NCBI GenBank assembly: GCA_049472335.1
Contig: JBLIRO010000038.1
Coordinates: 1-48,317 of the forward strand
Length of the DNA: 48,317 bases
Reading direction: 5' to 3'
Source: a bacterium
Lineage (GTDB): Bacteria > SZUA-182 > DTGQ01 > JAFGSM01
The notes beneath the pieces are model-generated. The model saw nothing but the letters and a program-made list of their open reading frames with translations, searched no databases and was not told the DNA's origin. The translations under genes were made by a program, and so were the position numbers. Below are positions 39,212 through 48,317 of this stretch, piece by piece. Positions within the stretch are counted from its first letter, which is position 1. Every line of letters begins with the position of its first letter.

Positions 39212-40717
39212 ATGCGCAATCAATTTAAACTAAACGCTATCCTTCTGGTCATAGGAGGGATCCTGCTTTTATTCCTCTTTTCAATAGGTAAGGAAATAAT
39301 CCTTAATGATATCAAAAAGCATAAAGATACTATCATGGAAAAAGACAGGCCGGGGGAAACGGGAAATATCCCACGAAGGGAAAAGGGCCCAGAAGATACA
39401 GGAACGAAATATCCGGATTCAAGACAAACACCAAATCACCAGCCCGAAACCGTCAATGAAAAATCGCGAGAGGACAAGGTTACACTTTTCGTCAGACTCG
39501 ATTCTTCAGGCCCTGCCAAAGATTCCAGTATCCCGAAATTGACCCTGAATGACATTGCTATATATGACAGGTCCAGTAAGGGCTATGTCCTCAGAAAAAG
39601 TGACCTTTTTAAAAGGAACCGGATCGGTGAGGACTTATTATCCCTCCTGAGTATTCTGAACAAAAAAAATATGCCGCCGGATTATTTTCAATGGCATGAA
39701 TATGATAAGGCGTATAAAGAAATCGATCTGTTTTATAATGATACATATATTTGGCCATATTTCAGCAATACAGGGGCAAAAACCAATTTCTTTTTATACC
39801 TGTTTACCAGATATGCTGCTGATAATGAAAAGTGGCGGTCCTATGAAAAGGACAGGTCCGACTGCTCGCAATTTTCCCAGAGGATTTACATGTTGCTATC
39901 CCCTGATGAAGTATATATACCAGACGGGGATTACTTTCGTTTTCTCTTTTCGAGCATGAATAACAGACTGGAGAGAAAGAAGCTGTGCAACAAGATTCCG
40001 GATGTCTTTTATACCACATTAAAACCCTGTATTTTAAATAAAGATTCCTCCGGACAATCTATTTATAACAAAGGCCATGCTATGATTTCATTTGCCCCGG
40101 ACAACAATCCTGAAAATTGGATCCTCGGAGAACCCCAAAACGGGACCTTTAAACGCTTTGGAGAAGATATTGGCAGTATTCTCGATGCGGAATATACTCA
40201 ATACCCGCTAATCTGCAATTTGGGCAAGATCCTTAGCATCAAAACAAGTTACTCCCATGAAGCGAATACCGTAATAGCCATGACTTATTTTATCCCTAGG
40301 ACCATATTTGAAAACACAGGATACGGTTATTTCGATACAAGATCGGACTATGGAGATAAACCTCTCAAGATGGAAGACCATACCTACCAGCTTTTTCAAT
40401 TTCTCTCCCCTTATATAACGAAGGTTCTTGATAAACAGCCAATCAATAAAATGGATTTTTCACAATCGCTGGAGACGATTTTACAAAATAATGAAATTTT
40501 TGCCGGTCCCAACGGAAAAGGGGCCGTAAATCAAATGGTTGATATTATTATGTATGGTCTCATTGACCTTGATAGAACGGATCTCAGACGTGTTTATGAG
40601 GAAATGAAAGGATTAGAAAAACTGTCCGGCAGACAGCATGGCTTTTCCGCTCACACCAATGATTTTATAAAACAGCTCAGTTACTCGTTTCTTTTAAAAT
40701 TAGAGCCCCTTATTTGA
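39212..40717 (+). CDS. Hypothetical N-terminally membrane-anchored protein
   Basis: 501-aa ORF with an N-terminal TM and a charged linker; no recognised motif. Confidence 0.7.
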   Translation: MRNQFKLNAILLVIGGILLLFLFSIGKEIILNDIKKHKDTIMEKDRPGETGNIPRREKGPEDTGTKYPDSRQTPNHQPETVNEKSREDKVTLFVRLDSSGPAKDSSIPKLTLNDIAIYDRSSKGYVLRKSDLFKRNRIGEDLLSLLSILNKKNMPPDYFQWHEYDKAYKEIDLFYNDTYIWPYFSNTGAKTNFFLYLFTRYAADNEKWRSYEKDRSDCSQFSQRIYMLLSPDEVYIPDGDYFRFLFSSMNNRLERKKLCNKIPDVFYTTLKPCILNKDSSGQSIYNKGHAMISFAPDNNPENWILGEPQNGTFKRFGEDIGSILDAEYTQYPLICNLGKILSIKTSYSHEANTVIAMTYFIPRTIFENTGYGYFDTRSDYGDKPLKMEDHTYQLFQFLSPYITKVLDKQPINKMDFSQSLETILQNNEIFAGPNGKGAVNQMVDIIMYGLIDLDRTDLRRVYEEMKGLEKLSGRQHGFSAHTNDFIKQLSYSFLLKLEPLI

Positions 40718-40767
40718 CAGCTATATTTATTGGGAAGTCATTTTTTTGGATTTGCAAAACAGTTGAC

Positions 40768-42759
40768 CTAAGCATCGAGTGTCTCTCTCACCTTTTTTAA
40801 AAGAAAAAAAGGAGAAACAGGCTTAGAGATAAAATTTATTCCCTCTACAAAGCCTCCCTGCTTTTGGATTATATTGTAATCATAGCCGCTTATAAAAAGC
40901 ACTTTAATATCGGGCCTGATCTTTTTTATCTCCAGGTAAGCATCATTTCCGTTCTTTTTGGGCATTATTACATCAAACAAAAGGAGATCGACATCCTCCT
41001 GATGTTTCTTGAAACTTCTCACTGCCTCACTTCCATTGATAACATCGATAACACTGTACCCATATTCTTCAAGTATATATTTTGATAATTTACGAACCTC
41101 CTGATCATCCTCAGCAATCAGGATTGTTTCTCTGCCGCCCTGGATAATGGGTATTTTTTCTGCCTTTTTATCCTCGGCTTCCTTCAAAATTAGTGGCAAG
41201 TATATTTTGAATTTTGAGCCTTTACCCGGTTCGCTGCTGACGTCAATAAAGCCTTTATGTTGTTCAATAATTCCATAAACCATTGAAAGACCGAGTCCTG
41301 TTCCCTTCCCTACTTCTTTTGTCGTAAAAAATGGATCAAATATCTTCTCCAATATCTTATTATTCATTCCCATGCCTGAATCAGCCACAGTCAATAGAGC
41401 ATATTGGGTTGTTTTTTCTTTATCGTTTGCTCCCAGACCATTATTTGAAACATGAGGTTGTTCCAATTCAACGTAATCTGATGTTATTGACAAAACCCCT
41501 CCATTTGGCATGGCATCCCTCGCATTTGTTGCAAGATTGAATAAAACATGTTCCATCTGGCCTGAATCGACCATAACGACTAAATCCTTTTCAACAAGAT
41601 TAAGCCTAAACTCGATCTCCTCAGTTATAAGCCTGGTCAGAAGTTTTTTTACATCCTTAATCAGTTCATTAAGATTCACCGGCCTGAGATCTATGGATTG
41701 TTTTCTGCTATAAGCAAGAAGACTCTTTGTAAGGTTAGCGGCCCTCTCTGCCGCCGAGATTATATTCTCCACTTCATGACATAACGGATCATCTTCATCC
41801 AGCTTAAGCTTAAGGAGAATGGAATATCCATATATTGCTGTAAGGATATTATTAAAATCATGAGCTATCCCCCCCGCCAGGGTCCCTATGGCCTCCATCT
41901 TCTGAGCGTGTCTTAACTGCTCACCAAGATGCTCTTTTTCTTCCTCCCTTCGCATCAAGGATTCGGACATATTATTAAAGGCTGTTGCAAGTTTTCCTAT
42001 TTCATCCCTCGTCTCTACAGGGACCGGGGTAAAAGAGCTTCCTGTTCCGAAAGCTTTAACTGACTCGGTCAATCTATTAAGCGGTTTTGTTATCTTTCTT
42101 GTTATAAAATAAATCACCATAGAGCCAATCAGAAAAATGATGCTTCCTAATAAGATTCCCTTATATAAAAAATCCTGAGACTTTTTAATCAGCATCCTTT
42201 TGCTGATCTTTATTCCAACAAATCCCGCTATTTCTTTTTTTTCCTGATCTTTTACTTCTCCTAATAAAACATATTCCTCGGTGGAATAATCCGAACCTGA
42301 GAGAACAGGCGCCCAAAATTCTAATATATTATTATTTTCGATATATTCCTGAGATTGATGTTCTATTATTTTTTCAAATATTTCTTGAGGAGCCTTACTG
42401 TTCCAAAGCAATTCTTTTTCATAATTCTTAATCCCCGATTTTTGCTTCTTTTTCAACAGATCCCCTTCCCCATTATATACAGAAGCCTCTATAACATCAT
42501 CAAATCGCAAAATCACATTTATGGGATCCTCAAGCAGATCTGGATTTTCCGCATACACACCAAGTCTTGAATGATACACCAGATCTTCAGTAAGGATTTC
42601 TCCTGATTCTTTCAGATTGGTTTTTAGCAATTTTTTTTGCTGCTTAATGAAAAAGATTGTGAAAGTGAAGGTGATGATTATTATAAAAAATGTGAATATA
42701 ATAAATACTCTGGAAGTAAAGCTTTCATTAATATTCTTAAAAAAAATTGTATGTAACAT
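40768..42759 (-). CDS. Hybrid sensor histidine kinase (TM, periplasmic domain, TM, HAMP, HisKA, HATPase, REC)
   Basis: [52 protein letters not shown], and receiver ILIAEDD...LFDVIMP. Confidence 0.95.
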   Translation of the reverse strand: MLHTIFFKNINESFTSRVFIIFTFFIIIITFTFTIFFIKQQKKLLKTNLKESGEILTEDLVYHSRLGVYAENPDLLEDPINVILRFDDVIEASVYNGEGDLLKKKQKSGIKNYEKELLWNSKAPQEIFEKIIEHQSQEYIENNNILEFWAPVLSGSDYSTEEYVLLGEVKDQEKKEIAGFVGIKISKRMLIKKSQDFLYKGILLGSIIFLIGSMVIYFITRKITKPLNRLTESVKAFGTGSSFTPVPVETRDEIGKLATAFNNMSESLMRREEEKEHLGEQLRHAQKMEAIGTLAGGIAHDFNNILTAIYGYSILLKLKLDEDDPLCHEVENIISAAERAANLTKSLLAYSRKQSIDLRPVNLNELIKDVKKLLTRLITEEIEFRLNLVEKDLVVMVDSGQMEHVLFNLATNARDAMPNGGVLSITSDYVELEQPHVSNNGLGANDKEKTTQYALLTVADSGMGMNNKILEKIFDPFFTTKEVGKGTGLGLSMVYGIIEQHKGFIDVSSEPGKGSKFKIYLPLILKEAEDKKAEKIPIIQGGRETILIAEDDQEVRKLSKYILEEYGYSVIDVINGSEAVRSFKKHQEDVDLLLFDVIMPKKNGNDAYLEIKKIRPDIKVLFISGYDYNIIQKQGGFVEGINFISKPVSPFFLLKKVRETLDA

Positions 42760-42767
42760 CTATTTCT

Positions 42768-43667
42768 TCAGTGAATTATTTCTGCCTTATTCAGAATCTC
42801 ATCACTTATTACGATACCCAGTTTTTTGGGCATTTTCGAGTTTATTGAAATTATAATCTTCCTGGCCTCGACTCCTGACAAATTCCTGATTTTCTTTCTT
42901 GACACTACCTCATTGGCCAGCTCCCCACCTTGCTTTCCTGAATCAAAGGGGTCAGTGCTCAATGACATCAAAGCCCCCATTTTAAAAAATCTTTTTGAAA
43001 ATGTAAAAACAGGGATCTTGTTTTCAAAGGCGAAGATAAATAAAAACTCAATCGTTTCAGGGGAAAAAACGGTTATGTCAGGCAACATCCAGATGGCATC
43101 TATTTCTTCCTTCATACTAATTAAAGATGAAGGTACCTTTTTTGAACTGTTGACCTCCCTGACAATCAGCTTAAAATCCATTTTACTGGCCTCGTTCTGA
43201 GCCTTCTTTACAAAAAATCCCAACTTATTCGGGTCAAATATTACCCCTATTTTTTTTATATCAGGCAATGCCTTCTTAAATATTTCCAACTGTTTTCCCG
43301 GAGGTATATTCATATTGATTCCGGTGACATTTTCTTCCCCTGACAAGATTGAATTGGGATTTACGATCATTATATAAATAATGGGTATGTCTTTAATTTT
43401 TTTAACTTTAGAAAGAGCATCCATACCTATCGCAAGAATAGCATCAGGTTTGCTTCTATTAATTCTTCTTAAAATGGCGGATTCATTTAATTCTGAAGCC
43501 ACTATTTTTCTAACATTACAATTACAAGTATTTTTAAAACCTTCTAAAGCGTGCTCATACGGCTCTACACCATCAAAACTCTGGATGGCAAGGACATCAT
43601 AAGAAGCTTCTGAAAAACCACAGAAAAACAATAGAATAAAAACAAATATAATGTATTTTTTTTTCAT
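42768..43667 (-). CDS. Periplasmic ABC_sub_bind-type substrate-binding protein with no cognate permease in the window
   Basis: Signal peptide, KPDAILAIG, IKKIGVIFDP, IDAIWMLPD, GALMSL, GKQGGELA. Confidence 0.85.
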   Translation of the reverse strand: MKKKYIIFVFILLFFCGFSEASYDVLAIQSFDGVEPYEHALEGFKNTCNCNVRKIVASELNESAILRRINRSKPDAILAIGMDALSKVKKIKDIPIIYIMIVNPNSILSGEENVTGINMNIPPGKQLEIFKKALPDIKKIGVIFDPNKLGFFVKKAQNEASKMDFKLIVREVNSSKKVPSSLISMKEEIDAIWMLPDITVFSPETIEFLFIFAFENKIPVFTFSKRFFKMGALMSLSTDPFDSGKQGGELANEVVSRKKIRNLSGVEARKIIISINSKMPKKLGIVISDEILNKAEIIH

Positions 43668-43792
43668 TGAAATCTTATTGATGGTTTTTTATTTAAGAAA
43701 TTTTTATCAATAAACAACTTTTTATTTAAAAATCTATAAATTATTGAGATTTTTTGTGAGCACCTAATTATACAAATTTAATAAAATATATC

Positions 43793-43808
43793 TGCATAAT
43801 ATATGCCA
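43793..43808 (-). promoter_or_regulatory. Putative sigma54 (-24/-12) promoter for the binding-protein/kinase operon
   Basis: The minus strand reads TGGCATATATTATGCA (GG-N10-GC), about 125 nt upstream of ATG 43667. Confidence 0.6.
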
Positions 43809-44152
43809 AAAAACAAGATTCGAACTTTAAAAATTTTTCAACTTTATTGGTTAAAAAATTTCTACAAAATCATTAAAAATCCATTTTAATAACTTTAAAT
43901 CCATGTTTTAGCCAGATTTATATCTTATTCGACTCGGGTCTTGATATTTGACAATAAATGAATTATAAATCTGTTTAAGATAGCAAAAGCAATTATCATA
44001 TGTCAAGACCTGACACTATTCTTATTGTTTGACATTAAGGGGATCTTATTTATAACTTGACAATTATATTTTTTTAATTTATTAATTGTATACATCCAGA
44101 AAAAAAATTATAAACTTATTATTTTCTTATTATTTTCAATAATAAAGTAATT

Positions 44153-46078
44153 ATGAAGAATTGTTATTCCAGCAAAAATCTTCTTTTTTTATGCTTCATC
44201 TTCATCATAATACTTATAACACCCCTATACCAAGCTTTAGCAGCCCATAAAACTTCATCAGATCCTATGGAAGAGGAAGCGAGATACCTTCAATTAGTTT
44301 ATGGGGTTGTAGTAACACCCACAAGGCATCCTAAGGATATATCACAATCTGCTGAAAACATTACAGTTATTACTTCGGAAGATTTGGAGATGATTAATGC
44401 CCATACCCTAACGGATGCACTTACTAATATCACCGGAGTCCAAATAAATATACTAAGTGGTCCGGGCAGTATCACTAATGGACATATTCAAGGTTCTGAA
44501 TTACGTCATGTGCTTGTGATGATAGACGGAATTGCAGTAAATAACTTATCTAATAACGTTGCTGACTTTGGAGCAATACCTATCCAAAACATTGAGAGAG
44601 TAGAAATTATAAAAGGTCCTGCCTCTTCCTCCTGGGGGTCATCGCTCGGTGGCATAATAAACATTATCACAAAATCTCCCAGTGATTCACAGGAGATAAC
44701 AGGAACATGCTCCGCTTTCTATGGAGAAAAAAACTCGACGGATTATAGGGCTGAGGCATCCGCTACAGTATTCAAGTATATAGGGTATTATTTATTCGCA
44801 GGAAATATCTATAGTGACGGATTGACGGAAGATACTTCTTATGATGAAGATAATTTTTATTCCAAGTTGAATTGGAAGATATGGGATAAGGGAAATCTCT
44901 ATTTCACACTCAGCTATAATGAAGGATACAGGGGAGTAACTAAAATTCCACTTCCTCAGCACAATGATTTGTCTTTAGATAACAATTTTAAATATCTTTT
45001 TACTACCCTTAATTTCAATTATTCGATTACTCAAGAGACCGATTTTCAAATTTCTTACAGGTGGTCGGAAAAGAATTTTGAGAGTATTACTTATCAAAAA
45101 AGTACCGGATGGGAATCAAACGATATCACTGATGATTCATTACATGGTTGTTCAATAGACCTAACATGGAATGATGAAATCCATAACTTGGTACTTGGTT
45201 ATGATTTCGACAGAGGAAAACTGGAGTCAGTACACATCATAGATGGTAAACAGTACCTTAAAAAATGGGCTGTTTTTTCAAATGATACAATCACACTCAA
45301 TAAGTTTTCCCTAACACCCGGAATAAGATACGACTATACTAACACGAATGATGATTATGTTAGCCCAAGCTTTGGGCTCACCTATAAGATGAACAAAAAA
45401 AATCTTTTTAGAGGATATATTGCCAGAGGTTTTAATATTCCGCCTCTTAGTTCAACATTCGTATCAGAATCAAATTTATTGCCTAATCCTGATCTCAAGA
45501 TTGAAAAGATCTGGTCTATTCAGGCAGGTATAGAATCATCAGCAATCAAGTATCTATGGTTAAAATCCACTTTATTTCGACACAACATATGGGATGCTGT
45601 ATTTCTCGATTCACTGTCCGATCCAAATGGTTTACCTAATGGAAATAAAATGTTTATTAACAAAAAAAGACAAATACGGCAAGGGATTGAAATGGAGATA
45701 AAGACCATCCCTGTATATAATACATCCCTTTCTGCCGGTTATTCTTTTATTGAAGCAAAGGATAAGGATACCGGCAAGAAATTGACCGATGTTCCAATAG
45801 AAACTTATGATATAGGTATTAAATACTCTAAAGATGAATCCTTCTGGGTTTATCTTGATGGGCATTACATTGCCTGGAATGCTGGTCCGTTAGACAATTG
45901 TCTGGACCGTAATTTTATTTGGGATATTAATCTAATGAAACGTATTCATTGGGATAACAAAATTACCATCAGAACATTTTTTACTATGCATAATATCTTT
46001 AATGGTTCACACTATTTATCAGACATATACAAGAACCATGGAAGATGGATCGAGACGGGCTTAAATTTTGAATTTTAG
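44153..46078 (+). CDS. TonB-dependent outer-membrane receptor
   Basis: VVVTPTR TonB-box region, plug (ITVITSEDL, VLVMIDG, IERVEIIKGPASSSWG), NPDLKIEK, and C-terminal GLNFEF. Confidence 0.95.
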   Translation: MKNCYSSKNLLFLCFIFIIILITPLYQALAAHKTSSDPMEEEARYLQLVYGVVVTPTRHPKDISQSAENITVITSEDLEMINAHTLTDALTNITGVQINILSGPGSITNGHIQGSELRHVLVMIDGIAVNNLSNNVADFGAIPIQNIERVEIIKGPASSSWGSSLGGIINIITKSPSDSQEITGTCSAFYGEKNSTDYRAEASATVFKYIGYYLFAGNIYSDGLTEDTSYDEDNFYSKLNWKIWDKGNLYFTLSYNEGYRGVTKIPLPQHNDLSLDNNFKYLFTTLNFNYSITQETDFQISYRWSEKNFESITYQKSTGWESNDITDDSLHGCSIDLTWNDEIHNLVLGYDFDRGKLESVHIIDGKQYLKKWAVFSNDTITLNKFSLTPGIRYDYTNTNDDYVSPSFGLTYKMNKKNLFRGYIARGFNIPPLSSTFVSESNLLPNPDLKIEKIWSIQAGIESSAIKYLWLKSTLFRHNIWDAVFLDSLSDPNGLPNGNKMFINKKRQIRQGIEMEIKTIPVYNTSLSAGYSFIEAKDKDTGKKLTDVPIETYDIGIKYSKDESFWVYLDGHYIAWNAGPLDNCLDRNFIWDINLMKRIHWDNKITIRTFFTMHNIFNGSHYLSDIYKNHGRWIETGLNFEF

Positions 46079-46108
46079 ACAATAGAAGCAAATATTATTA
46101 TATTAGAT

Positions 46109-46137
46109 TTGACAAAATGAATTTAGCGATATATAAT
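46109..46137 (+). promoter_or_regulatory. Consensus sigma70 promoter upstream of the small peptide gene
   Basis: Perfect TTGACA-N17-TATAAT. Confidence 0.75.
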
Positions 46138-46398
46138 ATCTTATAATCTAAGATATAGTATTAGATGAATCTCATTCACACATACCAATTGTGAAAATGG
46201 GGGGGTAGTTCTCATAAAATTTTATTTTCTTCAACAAAAGGATATCTTTGTGGATATCCATAAATATTAACTTATTTCTAAGATCGGGGGGGATTCTTAT
46301 GAAAAAGCCAAAAAATCATTCTACATAATAAATGCATATCTAATCTAGGTAGACATTTATAAACGCTAATTTGATTATAAAAATGGGGGGGCATTTTT

Positions 46399-46521
46399 AT
46401 GAAAACGCAAGAGATAATTATCTTGAATAGCGGTGTTGAGAATGATCTAGATTCTGGTGACGGTAAAAAAAAGGATTATAGTATATGTAATTGTTATGGT
46501 CCTATAGTTCCATATTATTAA
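46399..46521 (+). CDS. Putative RiPP precursor peptide (geopeptide-like), 40 aa, not in the ORF track
   Basis: MKTQEIIILNSGVENDLDSGDGKKKDYSICNCYGPIVPYY*. G-rich RBS 7 nt upstream. Lies between the TonB receptor and the rSAM/SPASM gene and is followed by a strong hairpin. Confidence 0.8.
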   Translation: MKTQEIIILNSGVENDLDSGDGKKKDYSICNCYGPIVPYY

Positions 46522-46540
46522 ACTTAAACTAAAAGTTAAG

Positions 46541-46584
46541 CTGTTGATATCATCCCCAGGCGTTAGCCTGGGGATGATAAACAG
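46541..46584 (+). terminator. Strong stem-loop downstream of the precursor gene (terminator or mRNA-stabilising hairpin)
   Basis: TATCATCCCCAGGC-GTTA-GCCTGGGGATGATA is a perfect 14-bp stem (46548-46579), extendable by CTGTT/AACAG. Confidence 0.8.
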
Positions 46585-46793
46585 TTTAAAATCATATTGG
46601 AATATAGATATATATCTTTATGGTGTTCAGAGGATTTAAATGGATACAGAGAATTTATCAATAATATCTTAACTTTTTATATTTAGTAAAAACATTTCAA
46701 GAGATAACCAGAATATATTTTTGACATAGATAGGGGAGTTTAAAAGGCTCCTAGTTGTATAATCGCAGTAAGATATAGTTTTGATTTTATAAT

Positions 46794-48119
46794 ATGCAGT
46801 TATCAAAGTATGTTAAGATATTTCCAAATTTCTCAAAAGAAAAACCAGACTATCTTCTTCTATATTCCACAAAGAAAACTTCTTGTGTTCTGATCAGTAA
46901 ATCCGTATTTAATTCCATAAAACAAGGAACGCTTTCCCCTAAAAACATGGAATCCCTTTCAAAACTGGGGTTTCTTGTGTCTGATTTGAATGAAGAGAGA
47001 TCTCAGATCTTGGGCCGGTTTGATGAAATCAACAAAAGAGATAGGAGATTTAATGCTATTGTGATAATGAATCTGCACTGTAACCTTGCCTGTAAATATT
47101 GCTTTGAAAGAGGGGTAAAGGGAAAGTTCTATATGTCTTCTGAAACGGCAGAATCATTGATAGATTACATTGAAAAAAACATTTTTCACAATAAACAAGA
47201 AGTCAATATTTGTTTTTACGGTGGTGAACCACTCCTCAGTTTTGGGCTAATCAAATATATTTCTGAAAGATTAAAGGTCTCTGCTGAGAAAAAGGGGCTT
47301 AATTACACCTTTTGTCTTGTGACAAACGGAACTCTATTAACAAGAAAAAGAACTGAAGAACTTGTGCAATTAGGGCTAAAAAAAGCGAAAATAACAATTG
47401 ACGGCCCCAGAGATAATCATAATAACTTTAGGCCTTTTAAATCCGGTTCAGAATCATTTAAAATAATCATCAAAAATATCAAAGATATTTATGATCTTAT
47501 CAATATTCAGCTAGGTGGAAACTTTAATTTCTTTAATTATAAAGATTTTCCTGCGCTTCTGGATTTTTTATATAAGGAAGATTTAACTCCGGACAAATTA
47601 TCAATGATAAAGTTTGATCCAATAATAAAAACAGAAACGGAATTCGGACTTCCTGATTTTAATGGAGGATGTAAATCCACAAATGAAGCTTGGCTTCTTG
47701 AGGCAAGCCTGTTCCTCAGGGAAGAAATATTAAAGAGAGGTTTTAACACTCCTAAGCTGGCACCCGCTTCCTGTATGGTTGAGCTAAAAAATGATATTGT
47801 TGTTTATTTTAATGGAACTTTTTATAAATGTCCGGGTTTTATAGGCAGAAAAGACTTTGAAATTGGCAGTTTATGGTCGGGTATTAAAGACTACAAAGAA
47901 TCGCATGCCCTTGAGTTTTGGAAAAAAAGTGAATGTTTCGACTGTGAATATCTCCCTCTCTGTTTTGGCGGATGCAGGTATATGAAGTTGTTGAGAGATG
48001 GGAAAATTGATGATATAGATTGTAGGAAACCTTATCTTGATGCCATACTGGAGACATTTATTAAACAGGAAATAAAGTATATCGTAAAATCCTTTGACAA
48101 TGTAGGATCTTTAGTGTAA
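46794..48119 (+). CDS. Radical SAM/SPASM peptide maturase (geopeptide maturase-like)
   Basis: CNLACKYC, FYGGEPLL, VTNGTLL, ITIDG and SPASM CMVE...YKCPG...CFDCEYLPLCFGGC...C. The N-terminal extension is MQLSKYVKIF...YLLLYSTKK. Confidence 0.92.
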   Translation: MQLSKYVKIFPNFSKEKPDYLLLYSTKKTSCVLISKSVFNSIKQGTLSPKNMESLSKLGFLVSDLNEERSQILGRFDEINKRDRRFNAIVIMNLHCNLACKYCFERGVKGKFYMSSETAESLIDYIEKNIFHNKQEVNICFYGGEPLLSFGLIKYISERLKVSAEKKGLNYTFCLVTNGTLLTRKRTEELVQLGLKKAKITIDGPRDNHNNFRPFKSGSESFKIIIKNIKDIYDLINIQLGGNFNFFNYKDFPALLDFLYKEDLTPDKLSMIKFDPIIKTETEFGLPDFNGGCKSTNEAWLLEASLFLREEILKRGFNTPKLAPASCMVELKNDIVVYFNGTFYKCPGFIGRKDFEIGSLWSGIKDYKESHALEFWKKSECFDCEYLPLCFGGCRYMKLLRDGKIDDIDCRKPYLDAILETFIKQEIKYIVKSFDNVGSLV

Positions 48120-48317
48120 AAAACCGGTTATCTTTTATTGTTTTATTATAAATAATTATAAATAATTATGATTATATTAAAATTGCTAAAAAGGTATTAC
48201 AGGTATGTGAAGGACAACATATAAAATTATAAAAAACTACTAATTGGCAGATAGGAATAATATATAAGGTTGTTTATGGCACTTTTTCAATACTAGTTTT
48301 TATATTAATTTTAATAA

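Noticed and set aside
46640..46672. Mini-ORF MDTENLSIIS with a GAGGA RBS as a second precursor
   Set aside because: Only 10 codons, no Cys, and not distinguishable from chance.
2012..47749. The many 60-210 aa ORFs nested within or antisense to long genes
   Set aside because: They show no motifs or RBS support and are explained as shadow frames.

Overview
This is a bacterial window with Gram-negative envelope genes; a Desulfobacterota-like or related lineage is an inference from gene content only. It is dominated by exported modular proteins and envelope-signalling systems. From left to right: (1) an AAA/ABC-type ATPase running off the left edge, missing from the ORF track; (2) a membrane class III nucleotide cyclase; (3) three secreted mosaic proteins, one a 1.9-kaa metzincin protease; (4) a tightly coupled operon (13.9-25.6 kb) encoding an ECF sigma factor, a zinc-finger anti-sigma, a membrane-anchored CHAT (caspase-like) protease with a CsgG-like periplasmic domain, a TPR/CsgG-like lipoprotein, an exported C13-like peptidase, a surface protein and a FadL/PorV-like barrel; (5) a 3146-aa beta-helix/cohesin/dockerin surface protein and a small cohesin adaptor; (6) an orphan sensor fragment, a GAF sigma54 activator and an unknown membrane protein; (7) an AT-rich locus with a hybrid kinase, a periplasmic binding protein, a TonB receptor, an unannotated 40-aa Cys-containing peptide and a radical SAM/SPASM maturase. 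The best candidate for an undescribed system is the ECF/anti-sigma/transmembrane-CHAT cascade. An identical ECF-like promoter motif (TGAAAGA-N16-GTCTATT) sits in front of both the anti-sigma gene and the giant surface-protein gene. The second candidate is a RiPP synthesis-plus-sensing locus. No CRISPR array, rRNA, tRNA or transposase was seen. All domain calls are from motif recognition by eye, not database searches.
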